Shown: one piece after another, positions 34,792-44,140 of the stretch
How positions within the stretch are numbered: the stretch's first letter is position 1
Layout: each line of letters starts with the position of its first letter
From: a virus
Taxonomy: Duplodnaviria; Caudoviricetes
Strand: one strand, 5' to 3'
Virus record (IMG/VR): IMGVR_UViG_3300042821_000034
Span: 1 to 46,005 of that record
Length of the DNA: 46,005 nt
Position numbers and translations under genes: made by a program
The notes under the pieces: model-generated
The model's input: the letters and a program-made list of their open reading frames with translations, nothing else
Databases searched by the model: none
Told to the model about the DNA's origin: nothing

Positions 34792-36045
34792 ATGACACGC
34801 CATTCCAACATCATCGGCGGCTCGACCGCGGACCGCCTGCTGCACTGCCCTGGCAGCTTCCAGCTCATCAACACCCTGCCCGAACAGACCGACGTCCCGT
34901 CGGCCTATGCCGACTACGGCTCGGCCATGCACGCGGTGATGGACCACCTGATGGCGATGTTCGGCGACGGCTTCCCCGCCATCGACACCGTGCTGGACAC
35001 TGCAGAGGATCTGATCGGCGATGTGTTTTACGATCGCGTGCTGACCGAGACGCACATAGAAGATTCCATCCATCCCGCGATCGTCACCCTGTACGAGCTG
35101 ATGGACCTCTACGGCGGTTCCGACACCTACCGCGCCGTCGCCAACGAGCTGCGCGTCCGCTTCCCTGGCGTGCCCGGCGCCTTCGGCACCACTGACCTTC
35201 TGGTCGCCAACACCAAGCATATCATCCTGGTCGATTGGAAGTTCGGCCAGGGCGTGCCGGTTCGCGCGGTCTACAACGAGCCGGAAGGCGCGCGCGTCAA
35301 TCCGCAGCTGCTGTTCTACTTCGCCGGCGCCATGAACACGCTGCCGAAGCTGTTCACCAAGAAGCGCTTCGTGGTTGCCATCATCCAGCCGCGCACCGAG
35401 GACCGGCTCACCCACACCACGATCTCGCGCAAGGAGATCGAGTACTTCATCGATGACGTCGACAACGCCATCGTCACCGCGCTGAAGAAAAGCCCTCCGC
35501 TGGTGGTCGGCGATCACTGCCGCTGGTGCCCGGCTCGCCCGGTCTGCCCCCAGCACACCGAGCCGCTGTTCGAGCTGACCGAGCTCGGCATCGCCGCGCC
35601 GGCGCTGAAAGCATCCGTTAGCGATGACGGCACCTACGGTGAGTTCCTGGCCAAGGCCAAGTACCTGGCCGACATGGCCGCGGACTACAAGAAGCAGGTC
35701 GATGAAGCGCTGCACACCTACCTGACCAGCGGCGGCACCGTGCCGGGCTGGCGCTTGAAGCTGAAGACCAAGCTGCGCCAGTGGGTTGACGAGGATACTG
35801 TCGTTCCCTGGATGCGCGATCACGGCTTCGATGAAGAGGAGATCTGGCAAACCAAGCTGCAGACCTTCGCGGTTGCCGATCGCGCCGCCAAGAAGCACGG
35901 CGTCAAGATCCCCGACGAATTCCGCGTGGCGCCGGAATCCACCGAGACCACGCTGGCCACCACTGACGATCCCGCGCCCCAGCTCGACTTCGCCGCCGCC
36001 GCGGAGGAATTCCGCGAGGCGCTAAAGCAATTGCAACACGGCTGA
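34792..36045 (+). CDS. Cas4-like PD-(D/E)XK exonuclease (DUF2800 type)
   Basis: 'HSNIIGGSTADRLLHCPGS', 'GSAMH', 'FGTTD...LVDWKFG', 'NPQLLFY', 'GDHCRWCPARPVCP'. Confidence 0.9.
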   Translation: MTRHSNIIGGSTADRLLHCPGSFQLINTLPEQTDVPSAYADYGSAMHAVMDHLMAMFGDGFPAIDTVLDTAEDLIGDVFYDRVLTETHIEDSIHPAIVTLYELMDLYGGSDTYRAVANELRVRFPGVPGAFGTTDLLVANTKHIILVDWKFGQGVPVRAVYNEPEGARVNPQLLFYFAGAMNTLPKLFTKKRFVVAIIQPRTEDRLTHTTISRKEIEYFIDDVDNAIVTALKKSPPLVVGDHCRWCPARPVCPQHTEPLFELTELGIAAPALKASVSDDGTYGEFLAKAKYLADMAADYKKQVDEALHTYLTSGGTVPGWRLKLKTKLRQWVDEDTVVPWMRDHGFDEEEIWQTKLQTFAVADRAAKKHGVKIPDEFRVAPESTETTLATTDDPAPQLDFAAAAEEFREALKQLQHG

Positions 36046-36105
36046 TCGCCGTGTAGCAACAACAGGCCGGCACCCGCCGGTCATCATGACCTGAAGGACT
36101 TGGAT

Positions 36106-36924
36106 ATGAACGATATTGTGAAACGTAATCTCTCTTCGACTTCGATCACCACCCTCGATGAGGATATGGCCGCCCAGCTGCTCGCTGGGATCGAGGACAG
36201 CCAAGCCACCACGTTGGTGCCTGGCGGCGGTAAGGATCTCATCAAGCTCGACAAGGCCTCTGGCCTGTGGGGCATCGGCCAGGCCGACGAACCCATGCAG
36301 GTCGGCTCGCAATGGTGGATCAACATTCTCTCGATCTGCCACGGCTACGTTAACTGGTCCGACTACAAGGGGACCAAGAAGAACGAACGCCTCGGCGAGA
36401 TCATGGTCCCCATGAGTTCGCCCAAGCCGCCGAAGCCGGGTCCGATCGACGGCTTCCCCTTCAAGGAACAGCGCAGCTTCGAGGCCATCTGCCTCAACGG
36501 CGAGGACCAGGACCGCGAGGTCCAGTTCAAGAACGGCAGCGTCGGCACCCTGAAGGCCTTCAAGAAGCTGGAGGACGCCATCAAGATCCAGCTCCGTAAC
36601 GACCGCGCCCACCCCTGCCCGGTGATCGTGTTCAAGTCGGAGAAGTACAAGCATGGCGACTACGGCTGGATCCAGAACCCGATCTTCGAGATCGTGGCCT
36701 GGGCCGACCTGCAGGGCAACATCCGCGAGGATGACGACGCCCCCGCGCCGGTGAAGTCGAAGCCGGAGCCGAAGCAGGCTGCGGCCGCGCCCCCGCCCAA
36801 GCGCACCAAGCCCGCGCTGGTCACCCCGGCCGCCCAGGAAGAGCCTGAAGTTGCTGAGGGGCCTGCTGAGGAGCCGGCGCCCGCTGCCGCTGTTCGCGGC
36901 CAGCGCCGCCGCCCGGTCGGCTAG
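36106..36924 (+). CDS. Putative single-stranded DNA-binding protein
   Basis: Lies between the exonuclease and PolA genes; beta-rich core 'YKHGDYGWIQNPIFEIVAW' plus an acidic/Pro tail. Confidence 0.6.
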   Translation: MNDIVKRNLSSTSITTLDEDMAAQLLAGIEDSQATTLVPGGGKDLIKLDKASGLWGIGQADEPMQVGSQWWINILSICHGYVNWSDYKGTKKNERLGEIMVPMSSPKPPKPGPIDGFPFKEQRSFEAICLNGEDQDREVQFKNGSVGTLKAFKKLEDAIKIQLRNDRAHPCPVIVFKSEKYKHGDYGWIQNPIFEIVAWADLQGNIREDDDAPAPVKSKPEPKQAAAAPPPKRTKPALVTPAAQEEPEVAEGPAEEPAPAAAVRGQRRRPVG

Positions 36925-36942
36925 GCGCCTTCCGCTACGTCA

Positions 36943-37000
36943 CCCAGGCCCCTTCGGGGGCCTGGGATCTATCTCCCCTGTATCTCCCCTGCATCTCCCT
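36943..37000 (+). promoter_or_regulatory. UUCG hairpin plus three ATCTCCC(C)T repeats in the DNA polymerase leader
   Basis: CCCAGGCCCC-TTCG-GGGGCCTGGG (36943-66), then atctcccctg/atctcccctg/atctccct. Confidence 0.7.
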
Positions 37001-37021
37001 CATCCCGGAGAATGACCACCC

Positions 37022-39172
37022 ATGTCCGCGCGCACCTTCGACACCACCCGCATTTGCTGGTTCGACTTCGAGACCAAGTCCGACGAGGACCTGCAGAAGG
37101 CCGGCGCCTACCGCTACGCCAGCGACCCCAAGGCGGCCGCCATCATCCTGACCTACGCGATCGGCCATGAGCCGACCAAGCTCCACGTCTCGTTCGTGCC
37201 CGGCGAGCCGCTGTCCTGGTTCAGCCTGCCGGAGGACTTCGTCCGCTTCCACGATCGCGCGCTGGCGGATGACAGCTACAAGTTCGCCGCCTACAACGCC
37301 GGCTTCGACCGCACGATTCTCAACTACGCCGTGCCGGGTTCGGTGTGGACCCCGCCCCGGCTGATCATCGACCCCTCCGTTCAGGCCACCGCGGCCGGCC
37401 TGCCGCCGGACCTGGCCGGCGCCGCCAAGGCGGCCGGCGCCACCCATAAGGTTGCGGACGGCGGCAAGCTGATCAGCCTGTTCTGCACCCCCGGTGCGAA
37501 AGCCACGCCGGTTTCACACCCCCTCGAATGGGCGCAGTTCTGCGCCTACGCCATCGGCGACATCGAGGCGATGCGCTCGCTGTTCCTGCGCACCCGCCAG
37601 CTGCCGCTGCGGGAGTGGGAAGAGTACTGGGCCATGGAATCCATCAACGACCGCGGCATCGGCGTCGATACCGAGTTCGCCACCAAGGCCGACGCGCTGG
37701 CCAAGATCGCCAAGATCCGCGGCGGCGATGAGCTGCACCGCCTGACCGGCGGCAAGGTCGGCACCGTCGGCCAGGTCCAGCCGCTGACCGAATGGCTGGT
37801 CGCCCGCCTGCCCGACGATGGCGACGGCATGGGCTACCTGACCAAGCGCGAGGCTGAAGTGGACGAGCTCGGCGAGGAGAAACGCCCGGCCAAGTACTCG
37901 CTGACCCGCCAACGGATCGAGAAGCTGATCCCCTATTGCGAGGCGATCGGCGACGAGGATGCCGCCCGCGCGCTGAATATCCGGCTCTATGGCGGCTCGA
38001 CCACGCCTGCAAAATACGAAAAAATTTTAAAGCAGCAGGTCGATGACACCGTGTTCGGGCAATACGTCTTCAATGGTGCACCGCAAACCGGGAGGGCGAG
38101 TTCCCGCGGCGTACAGATCCAGAACCTGTCCCGCAGCTTCCTGAAATACGAGCACGATGCGATCGAAGCCATCCTGGGCGGCATAAACTACGATGATTTT
38201 GCCGCCCTCGGCGACGACACCCCGGTGGCCCGCAAGCTCGCGTTGCTGATTCGGCCCACATTCGTTCCAAAGGGAACGAATCAGTTCGTGGTATCCGACT
38301 TCAGCCAGATCGAGGCCCGCGTGCTGCCGTGGCTGGTCGGCGACGTCGCGGGCGCCCTGGCGCGCCTGCAGATCTTCCGCGCCGTTGACGATGATCCCAG
38401 CGTGCCGGATCTCTACGTCCGCGCCGCCAGCGCCATCTCCAACCTGCCGATCGAGGAGATCGACAAGCCGCTGCGGCAGCGTGGCAAGGTGGCGGAACTG
38501 GCCCTCGGCTTCGGCGGCGGCGTCGGCGCCCTGGCTGCGATGGGTGCAAATTACGGCCTGTATCTGCCGGAGGGGGAGGCCAAAGAGGCCGTCAGCCGCT
38601 GGCGCGGGGCCAACCAGTGGTGTGTGCGTTTCTGGGGTAAGCACACAGAGGACGAATCCTACGGCCTCTGGGGGGCCGCCAACCGGGCGCTGGAGGCCCC
38701 CGGGACGGTGCACCGTGTCGGGAGGATTTCGTATGTATTCCTCCCGGATGCCGCCAACACCCTGTACTGCCAGCTGCCGTCCGGCCGCTACCTCTGCTAC
38801 CGCGGTTGCAAATACGAGCGCGTGGCCGAGCTGGATGACGATGACGAGGTCATTGGTTACGCTACCAAGCTGCGGTTCTGGAAGGGCCACAACCGCTCGG
38901 TGATCTGGCACGGCACGCTGTGCGAGAACGTGGTGCAGGCCACCGCCGCGGACCTGCTGCGCGGCACGCTGGTGCGGCTGGAGGAAGAAGGCCTCGGCGC
39001 ACGTTTGCATTCACATGACGAGTGTCTCGTAGAGGTTCCCGACAGTGATGTGGACGCCACCACAGTCAGACTGCGCGAGATCATGCGCCGCGGTTTCGAT
39101 TGGACGGAAGGTCTGCCGCTGATGTCCGAGGAGACCGTGCAGTCATACTACTCCAAGTGGGAGGCCAAGTGA
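37022..39172 (+). CDS. DNA polymerase family A (phage APSE-like) with 3'-5' exonuclease
   Basis: Exo I 'FDFET', Exo II 'YNAGFDR', Exo III 'YAIGD'; 'TGRASS', motif A 'SDFSQIEARV', motif B 'RQRGKVAELALGFG', motif C 'HSHDE'. Confidence 0.95.
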   Translation: MSARTFDTTRICWFDFETKSDEDLQKAGAYRYASDPKAAAIILTYAIGHEPTKLHVSFVPGEPLSWFSLPEDFVRFHDRALADDSYKFAAYNAGFDRTILNYAVPGSVWTPPRLIIDPSVQATAAGLPPDLAGAAKAAGATHKVADGGKLISLFCTPGAKATPVSHPLEWAQFCAYAIGDIEAMRSLFLRTRQLPLREWEEYWAMESINDRGIGVDTEFATKADALAKIAKIRGGDELHRLTGGKVGTVGQVQPLTEWLVARLPDDGDGMGYLTKREAEVDELGEEKRPAKYSLTRQRIEKLIPYCEAIGDEDAARALNIRLYGGSTTPAKYEKILKQQVDDTVFGQYVFNGAPQTGRASSRGVQIQNLSRSFLKYEHDAIEAILGGINYDDFAALGDDTPVARKLALLIRPTFVPKGTNQFVVSDFSQIEARVLPWLVGDVAGALARLQIFRAVDDDPSVPDLYVRAASAISNLPIEEIDKPLRQRGKVAELALGFGGGVGALAAMGANYGLYLPEGEAKEAVSRWRGANQWCVRFWGKHTEDESYGLWGAANRALEAPGTVHRVGRISYVFLPDAANTLYCQLPSGRYLCYRGCKYERVAELDDDDEVIGYATKLRFWKGHNRSVIWHGTLCENVVQATAADLLRGTLVRLEEEGLGARLHSHDECLVEVPDSDVDATTVRLREIMRRGFDWTEGLPLMSEETVQSYYSKWEAK

Positions 39173-39606
39173 TGCCGGCACAAACCCAGGTCCGGCCGAT
39201 ACCGGCAAGCATCCGCGGCCGGCTCGACAAGCTGATGCTGCTGCTCGGCTCCAGCAATGAGGGCGAAGCGGCCAATGCTGCGGCTCTGATCACCCGCCTG
39301 CTGACCGCGCACGGCCTCGACTGGCATGACATGGTCGGCGCGATCGGCCAGGTGGCGCAAAACCCGTCTGGTTCTGCGCCCTTCCCTCCGCGCGATGCGC
39401 CGAAGAAGTCCAGTTCGCAGACGCTGTCGGCTGACGAGGTCCGCGAGCTGATCGCCGCCATCCGGCACGGCGTCAATCTCAACGTGAAGTCGCATCAATT
39501 CCTGGCCGGCATGCTCGATCGTGCCGACATCTACGACACGATCCATTTTTCCGACAAGCAGTGGAAGTGGTTACAGGATCTCGCAGCGAGGGCAGGTGTC
39601 ATATGA
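39172..39606 (+). CDS. DUF2786-like protein
   Basis: 'RLDKLMLLLGSSNEGEAANAAALITRLL'; TGATG coupling. Confidence 0.55.
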   Translation: MPAQTQVRPIPASIRGRLDKLMLLLGSSNEGEAANAAALITRLLTAHGLDWHDMVGAIGQVAQNPSGSAPFPPRDAPKKSSSQTLSADEVRELIAAIRHGVNLNVKSHQFLAGMLDRADIYDTIHFSDKQWKWLQDLAARAGVI

Positions 39607-39878
39607 CCAGATATAATGATGACGGACCGGAACGCGGACGAGTCTACGGCAAGATCGCGCCGCTGATCATGCAATTTTATCGCGATCATTCAGGGCAGCG
39701 GTTTCATGTCGAGCAGCTGCGGCGCTATGTCGAATCGACCACGCCTGACATCGCGCCCGACAGCCCCGGTCGCATCCTGCGGGAGCTGCGGCTGGAGGGT
39801 AAGCTCAATTACGTGGTGCTCGATCGCCGCGCTTCGCTGTACCAGTTCAGGCACCGCGTAAAACCACCGCTGATTTAA
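39603..39878 (+). CDS. Small winged-helix-like protein
   Basis: ATGA overlap; 'APDSPGRILRELRLEGKLNYVV'. Confidence 0.6.
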   Translation: MTRYNDDGPERGRVYGKIAPLIMQFYRDHSGQRFHVEQLRRYVESTTPDIAPDSPGRILRELRLEGKLNYVVLDRRASLYQFRHRVKPPLI

Positions 39879-39889
39879 AGGGTCGACAG

Positions 39890-40096
39890 ATGATTTTAGC
39901 ACAATGTGGAAACTGCTTCACCCTGTGGCGCGTGCCGTACGCAGACGATCCCGCCGTACTGGAGGGTGTCTGCATGGCGTGCCAGGAAGGCCGCAACGTC
40001 GACAGGTTGCTGGTGTTTCGGAAATTCCCCGGGGTGTTCGCAGACCTGTCCGAACTGCCGAAAGATTGGTTGATCCAGAAAACGGAAGGTGAATAA
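39890..40096 (+). CDS. CxxC-CxxC zinc-ribbon protein A
   Basis: 'LAQCGNC...W...DPAVLEGVCMACQE'. Confidence 0.7.
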   Translation: MILAQCGNCFTLWRVPYADDPAVLEGVCMACQEGRNVDRLLVFRKFPGVFADLSELPKDWLIQKTEGE

Positions 40097-40098
40097 CG

Positions 40099-40362
40099 AT
40101 GGCGGTATTAGCTGAATGCGAGCGTTGCGGTGGGACCTGGCAGGTAATCGGGGGTCTTGACCCCGAGATCCTGGAAGGGGCCTGCATGGATTGTCAGGAG
40201 GAAAGCGACGTCGAGAAGCCGCTGACGTTTCGGCGTGTCCCCGACGGCGCGATGACGGCGTTTCTCCCGTATCTGCCATCTTCCTGGTTGGCGTTCAACC
40301 CGGCAACGTCGGAGGCCATTTTCCACGCCCTCAGCCGGCGCATTCTGGGGGACGACGATTGA
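40099..40362 (+). CDS. CxxC-CxxC zinc-ribbon protein B (paralog of A)
   Basis: 'LAECERC...W...DPEILEGACMDCQE'. Confidence 0.7.
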   Translation: MAVLAECERCGGTWQVIGGLDPEILEGACMDCQEESDVEKPLTFRRVPDGAMTAFLPYLPSSWLAFNPATSEAIFHALSRRILGDDD

Positions 40363-41753
40363 GAGATAAATCAGAATTGCGCGACTATCAGCTGCGTCTC
40401 ACCACGTCGCTGTATGAATCCGACGAGAAGATCTGTGTCGCCCGTCCTGGCGGCGGCAAGACCGCTGTCGGCTTGACTGCGATCCAGGAGCTGATCCGCG
40501 ACAAGCACATCCGCCACGCCCTCATCATCGCGCCGAAGCGGGTGGCTCGCGTGGTGTGGCCGGACGAGGTCAAGCTGTGGAGCCACACCGCCGGCCTGCG
40601 CTACCAGGTACTGGCTGGCACGCCTCGGCAGCGCGCCGATATGCTGGCCGATGCAGCCAAATACGATCTGACGATCGTCGGCCTCGACGTCGCCGAGTGG
40701 CTGGTGAAGGAGCTGCAGCAATATCCCGACGAGCATCCGCTATTCGATCTGCTCGTCATCGATGAGGTCTCCCGCTTGCGGAATCCGTCCGGCAAACGGG
40801 CGCAGCACCTGCTGCGGTACGCCAAGCGCTGGCGCATGATCTGGGGGTTGACCGGCACGCTGCGGCCATCGGGGGCCGAGGATCTGTTTATGCCGGCCAC
40901 GGTCGTAACCCGCGCCAAATTGTGGGGTCGCTCGTTCTACAAATGGCGTCAGCAGCGGTTTTATCCGCTTGATTACCAGGGCTACAGCTGGGCGCCGCTG
41001 CCGGGTGCGGAGGAAGTTATCAACAAGGAGCTGGCACCTCTGTGCGTCACCCTTCGCGACGACGAGCTGCCGCAGCTGCCTGAACTGTCGGTGATCTTCG
41101 ACCGTGTCGACCTGCCGCCCGATGCCCGCAAGCAGTACAACGACATGGAGGAGAAGCTGGTTATGAGCAACGGCGGCGACACGGTGATCGCGGCGTCCGC
41201 TGCTGTGGCGACCGGAAAGCTGGCGCAGATGGCCAACGGTTTCATCTACGACCACGGTGTAACCATTCGGCTCCACCCGGAAAAGCAGCAATGGGTCCAG
41301 GACGTCATCGATGACGCCGCCGGGCCGACGCTTCTTATCTACGAATACCGCGAGGATCTCGAAATGCTGCGCGGTCTGCTCGGAGAGGATCTGCCGTATC
41401 TCGGCGACGGGGTCTCCGACAAGGAATCGGATCATAATATCACCAGCTGGAATAAGGGACTGCTGCCATTCATGGCCATGCATCCTGCTTCCGGCGGCCA
41501 CGGGCTGAATCTCCAGCACGGGGGTTCTGATATGGCTTGGATATCACCCACATGGTCGCCGGAATTGTGGGAACAAACAATCGCTCGCCTGCATCGTTCC
41601 GGTCAAATACACCCGGTGGTGGTCCGCGTCTGTACGGCTGCCGACACAGTTGACCAAATGAAGCTGAACCGGGTGTACGCCAAGATGAGCGCCCAGGAGG
41701 CTTTTGAGGCTTACCTGCGCGCGCATGGATACCGCGAGGGGGCTACGACATGA
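40359..41753 (+). CDS. SNF2-family (SF2) helicase
   Basis: 'LRDYQ', 'PGGGKT', 'LIIAPKRVA', 'VIDE', 'GLTGT', 'GGHGLNLQ', 'QTIARLHRSGQ'; the TTG start overlaps the upstream TGA. Confidence 0.92.
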   Translation: MRDKSELRDYQLRLTTSLYESDEKICVARPGGGKTAVGLTAIQELIRDKHIRHALIIAPKRVARVVWPDEVKLWSHTAGLRYQVLAGTPRQRADMLADAAKYDLTIVGLDVAEWLVKELQQYPDEHPLFDLLVIDEVSRLRNPSGKRAQHLLRYAKRWRMIWGLTGTLRPSGAEDLFMPATVVTRAKLWGRSFYKWRQQRFYPLDYQGYSWAPLPGAEEVINKELAPLCVTLRDDELPQLPELSVIFDRVDLPPDARKQYNDMEEKLVMSNGGDTVIAASAAVATGKLAQMANGFIYDHGVTIRLHPEKQQWVQDVIDDAAGPTLLIYEYREDLEMLRGLLGEDLPYLGDGVSDKESDHNITSWNKGLLPFMAMHPASGGHGLNLQHGGSDMAWISPTWSPELWEQTIARLHRSGQIHPVVVRVCTAADTVDQMKLNRVYAKMSAQEAFEAYLRAHGYREGATT

Positions 41754-41923
41754 GCTACGATATCGCCTGTGTCGGCAATGAGCGGACCGGGAAGATCGTC
41801 ATCCACACCGCCACCTGTCCGGTGGCGCGGCAGGCCGCCGCCGACGGCCATCCGGTCATGACCATGTTCGGCTGCGAGCGTATCCCGGATTATGAGCGTC
41901 ACGATTGTCTTAAGCTTTCGTAG
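41750..41923 (+). CDS. 57-aa His/Cys-containing protein (not in ORF track)
   Basis: MSYDIACVGNERTGKIVIHTATCPVARQAAADGHPVMTMFGCERIPDYERHDCLKLS; ATGA overlap, GAGGGG SD. Confidence 0.55.
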   Translation: MSYDIACVGNERTGKIVIHTATCPVARQAAADGHPVMTMFGCERIPDYERHDCLKLS

Positions 41924-42099
41924 CTGTCGATGCCATAGCTGCGATCCAGGGCGTTGGCGAGCTGCGCGTTGAGGTGGTGCAGTTGGTGCCGGTTAAGGCG
42001 GTAACGGGTGTGAACGTCGCCAACGACGATGTTGAGCGTGGGTTCGCTCAACGTCGGGGTGGTCAGGTACACAAAACGCGGTTCGATATCTTCAGACAT
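41899..42099 (-). CDS. Hypothetical protein
   Basis: GGAGG SD before MSEDIEP; last gene of the accessory operon. Confidence 0.6.
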   Translation of the reverse strand: MSEDIEPRFVYLTTPTLSEPTLNIVVGDVHTRYRLNRHQLHHLNAQLANALDRSYGIDSYESLRQS

Positions 42100-42173
42100 C
42101 TCTTCCTCCAACGGAGCGGTGCCAAGGGGCCTCGGCACCGCCCCGCCTTCTGACGCCGTCAGGCGAACGCGGT

Positions 42174-42836
42174 TTACGCCAGACGGAGCTGTGCGCCCTG
42201 GCGGCGCTTACGCATCGCCAGGCCGCCGATTCCAAGGAACCCCATGATCATCATGGCCCAGGTCGCCGGCTCGGGAACGGCCGCTACCTGCGGCTGAACG
42301 TCGATACGGAAATGTTCAAATGCGGTGATGTTGGTGTTCGGACCTGTGACGATGTCCACATCCCAGATCTTCTCGCCGTTGATGGCTTGGAGATCGTAGC
42401 CATTCTGACCGTTGCCGAGGGTGTCAAAGAAGTCGAAATTCTTGAACGTGCCGTCAGCTTCCAGCGCCGTGACGTGGAGGATAATGCTGCCGCTTCCCTC
42501 CAGAGAGAACACCTGTCTGGTGACCGCAAGCTGCGTGGTGTTAGTGGCGTTCCACACAGTGACATCGAGATCAAAACTGTTGAACAGCTTGATGTCGTTG
42601 CCGTTCTGTCCAGCGGTGCCGGTGAATCCGCCGTTGCCGGAACGATCAACGAAACGAACCACTTCTTGGTTCTGTCCGTTCAACGTGCCGAGAACAGTGT
42701 TGCTGTTGAGAACGCTGTTGAAGATCACGTTGTTGCCGGTGCCACCCAGACCGTGGGTGTCGAGGACAATATCGGCGCTGGCGGGCAGCGCCGATAAGGC
42801 AATTAGGGCCGTGGTCGCAAACAAAAGGTTTCTCAT
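42174..42836 (-). CDS. PEP-CTERM (PEPxxWA-CTERM) sorting domain protein
   Basis: Signal peptide MRNLLFATTALIALSALPASA; Asn/Thr/Gly-rich body; 'VPEPATWAMMIMGFLGIGGLAMRKRR'; AGGAG SD. Confidence 0.95.
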   Translation of the reverse strand: MRNLLFATTALIALSALPASADIVLDTHGLGGTGNNVIFNSVLNSNTVLGTLNGQNQEVVRFVDRSGNGGFTGTAGQNGNDIKLFNSFDLDVTVWNATNTTQLAVTRQVFSLEGSGSIILHVTALEADGTFKNFDFFDTLGNGQNGYDLQAINGEKIWDVDIVTGPNTNITAFEHFRIDVQPQVAAVPEPATWAMMIMGFLGIGGLAMRKRRQGAQLRLA

Positions 42837-42880
42837 AGAATGCTCCTGATCAGGGATGGTGCGGAATGCACCGCGAAGCG

Positions 42881-43138
42881 TCACTCAGTGGTGCTTGGCG
42901 GTGAACTCGGGTCAAGGGCATCTTCCGTTATCTCGCAACATATTTGAACAGCTTCGTAGATTCGCTGTTCGTGCGTTCGCCGGTCCTGGTTCTTCATCAG
43001 GACGCGAACGGCGTTGAGCGTATTCTTCGCCGGGAGCAGGGCCGCTTCCAGTCGCTCGATACGGTAGGCGGCTTCGACCATATCTTTAGCTGCGGTTGTT
43101 CTGTCGTAGTTGCGCAGGCGTTCTATCAGATGGCTCAT
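42881..43138 (-). CDS. Cassette-array gene 5 (LIERLR + EAA.RIE.LEAAL motifs)
   Basis: Its ATG lies inside the junction repeat at 43135-43173. Confidence 0.8.
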   Translation of the reverse strand: MSHLIERLRNYDRTTAAKDMVEAAYRIERLEAALLPAKNTLNAVRVLMKNQDRRTHEQRIYEAVQICCEITEDALDPSSPPSTTE

Positions 43139-43311
43139 TTGTCCTGCTCCGGTGCGAGGGCGGCGCGGGCGATCCTTCTTATTTTGTAGTAATCATACGT
43201 TGGTTCTGCGATCTTCCGCAGCGCCGCTTCCAGTTGTTCGATGCGGTCAGCGGCTTCAACAGCAGCACCGTAATCCTTCATGTGGACGCGCAGTCGTTCA
43301 ATGAGGGTCAT
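43135..43311 (-). CDS. Cassette-array gene 4 (58 aa, all three motifs)
   Basis: MTLIERLR...EAADRIEQLEAALR...IARAALAPEQDK. Confidence 0.8.
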   Translation of the reverse strand: MTLIERLRVHMKDYGAAVEAADRIEQLEAALRKIAEPTYDYYKIRRIARAALAPEQDK

Positions 43312-43877
43312 TTGTCCTGCTCCGGTGCGAGGGCGGCGCGGGCGATGTATTCGTCGCATGCCTTACGAACGACATCCCATGCGTAGTTGATGCCGGTGAT
43401 ACTGTCGTCGTAGTCAGGTTTTGTTTCACAAAGCAGCAGATCGTTGATGCGGGTATCAATGGAAGCCTTTAATCCCCGCAGCGCCGCTTCCGGCTGTTCG
43501 ATGCGGGCGGGACCGGGGGATGCTCTCGGACAATCTGGCTTGTGTTGTACGTCTAGGGCAGCACAATCAATCCCGCAGCCGGGGCGTTCAAGTCCTAGTT
43601 CGTTCATGCGGGCATCCTCAAGAGCTTGGGCAATATCATCGACCAGCAGCGTCACTGCGTTGGGTTCAAAATATTTGCCTACAACCCTCTCTGCGGTTGT
43701 CCGTATTTCGGCGGCAGCATCGATTTGCATCCGGCGTTCTCGTAATCCCTCCAAGAAGTTTCGGACGGTTTCGATGGCTTCATAGCGCCTTTTCCACTCA
43801 ATCTCGGTTTGAGTGGTTGCAACGCCGAACGCAACAAGCGCGGCATTCAAGATGTCAGTGAATGACTGATCACTCAT
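43308..43877 (-). CDS. Cassette-array gene 3
   Basis: Unique N-terminus with a C/H cluster, then RIEQPEAALR...IARAALAPEQDK. Confidence 0.75.
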   Translation of the reverse strand: MSDQSFTDILNAALVAFGVATTQTEIEWKRRYEAIETVRNFLEGLRERRMQIDAAAEIRTTAERVVGKYFEPNAVTLLVDDIAQALEDARMNELGLERPGCGIDCAALDVQHKPDCPRASPGPARIEQPEAALRGLKASIDTRINDLLLCETKPDYDDSITGINYAWDVVRKACDEYIARAALAPEQDK

Positions 43878-44140
43878 TTATCCTGCTCCGGTGCGAGAGC
43901 GGCGCGGGCGATAAGCATGATGCGCGTATCGATCAGATCGGGTTGGTGTTTGACATTGAACTCGTACAGGCCCCGCAGCGCCGCTTCCAGTTGTTCGATG
44001 CGGTCGGCGGCTTCGCGAGCGATAACGCTGGTCGGGAATGACCGCTCAAAGAAGTCCTTGCCGTCGAACAGACCGGCACCGTCATTCATCGGCAGGCGGA
44101 TGATGCCGCGTAGTCTCTCAATGAGAGTGTTTGGCTTCAT
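43874..44140 (-). CDS. Cassette-array gene 2 (88 aa, all three motifs)
   Basis: MKPNTLIERLR...EAADRIEQLEAALR...IARAALAPEQDK. Confidence 0.8.
   Translation of the reverse strand: MKPNTLIERLRGIIRLPMNDGAGLFDGKDFFERSFPTSVIAREAADRIEQLEAALRGLYEFNVKHQPDLIDTRIMLIARAALAPEQDK

Noticed and set aside
34792-36045. Cas4-like gene as evidence of CRISPR-Cas
   Set aside because: Standard phage replication exonuclease context (SSB, PolA); no array.
42116-42141. GCGGTGCC/GGCACCGC hairpin after the PEP-CTERM gene as a terminator
   Set aside because: No U-tract; it may only be a stabilising or RBS-adjacent structure.
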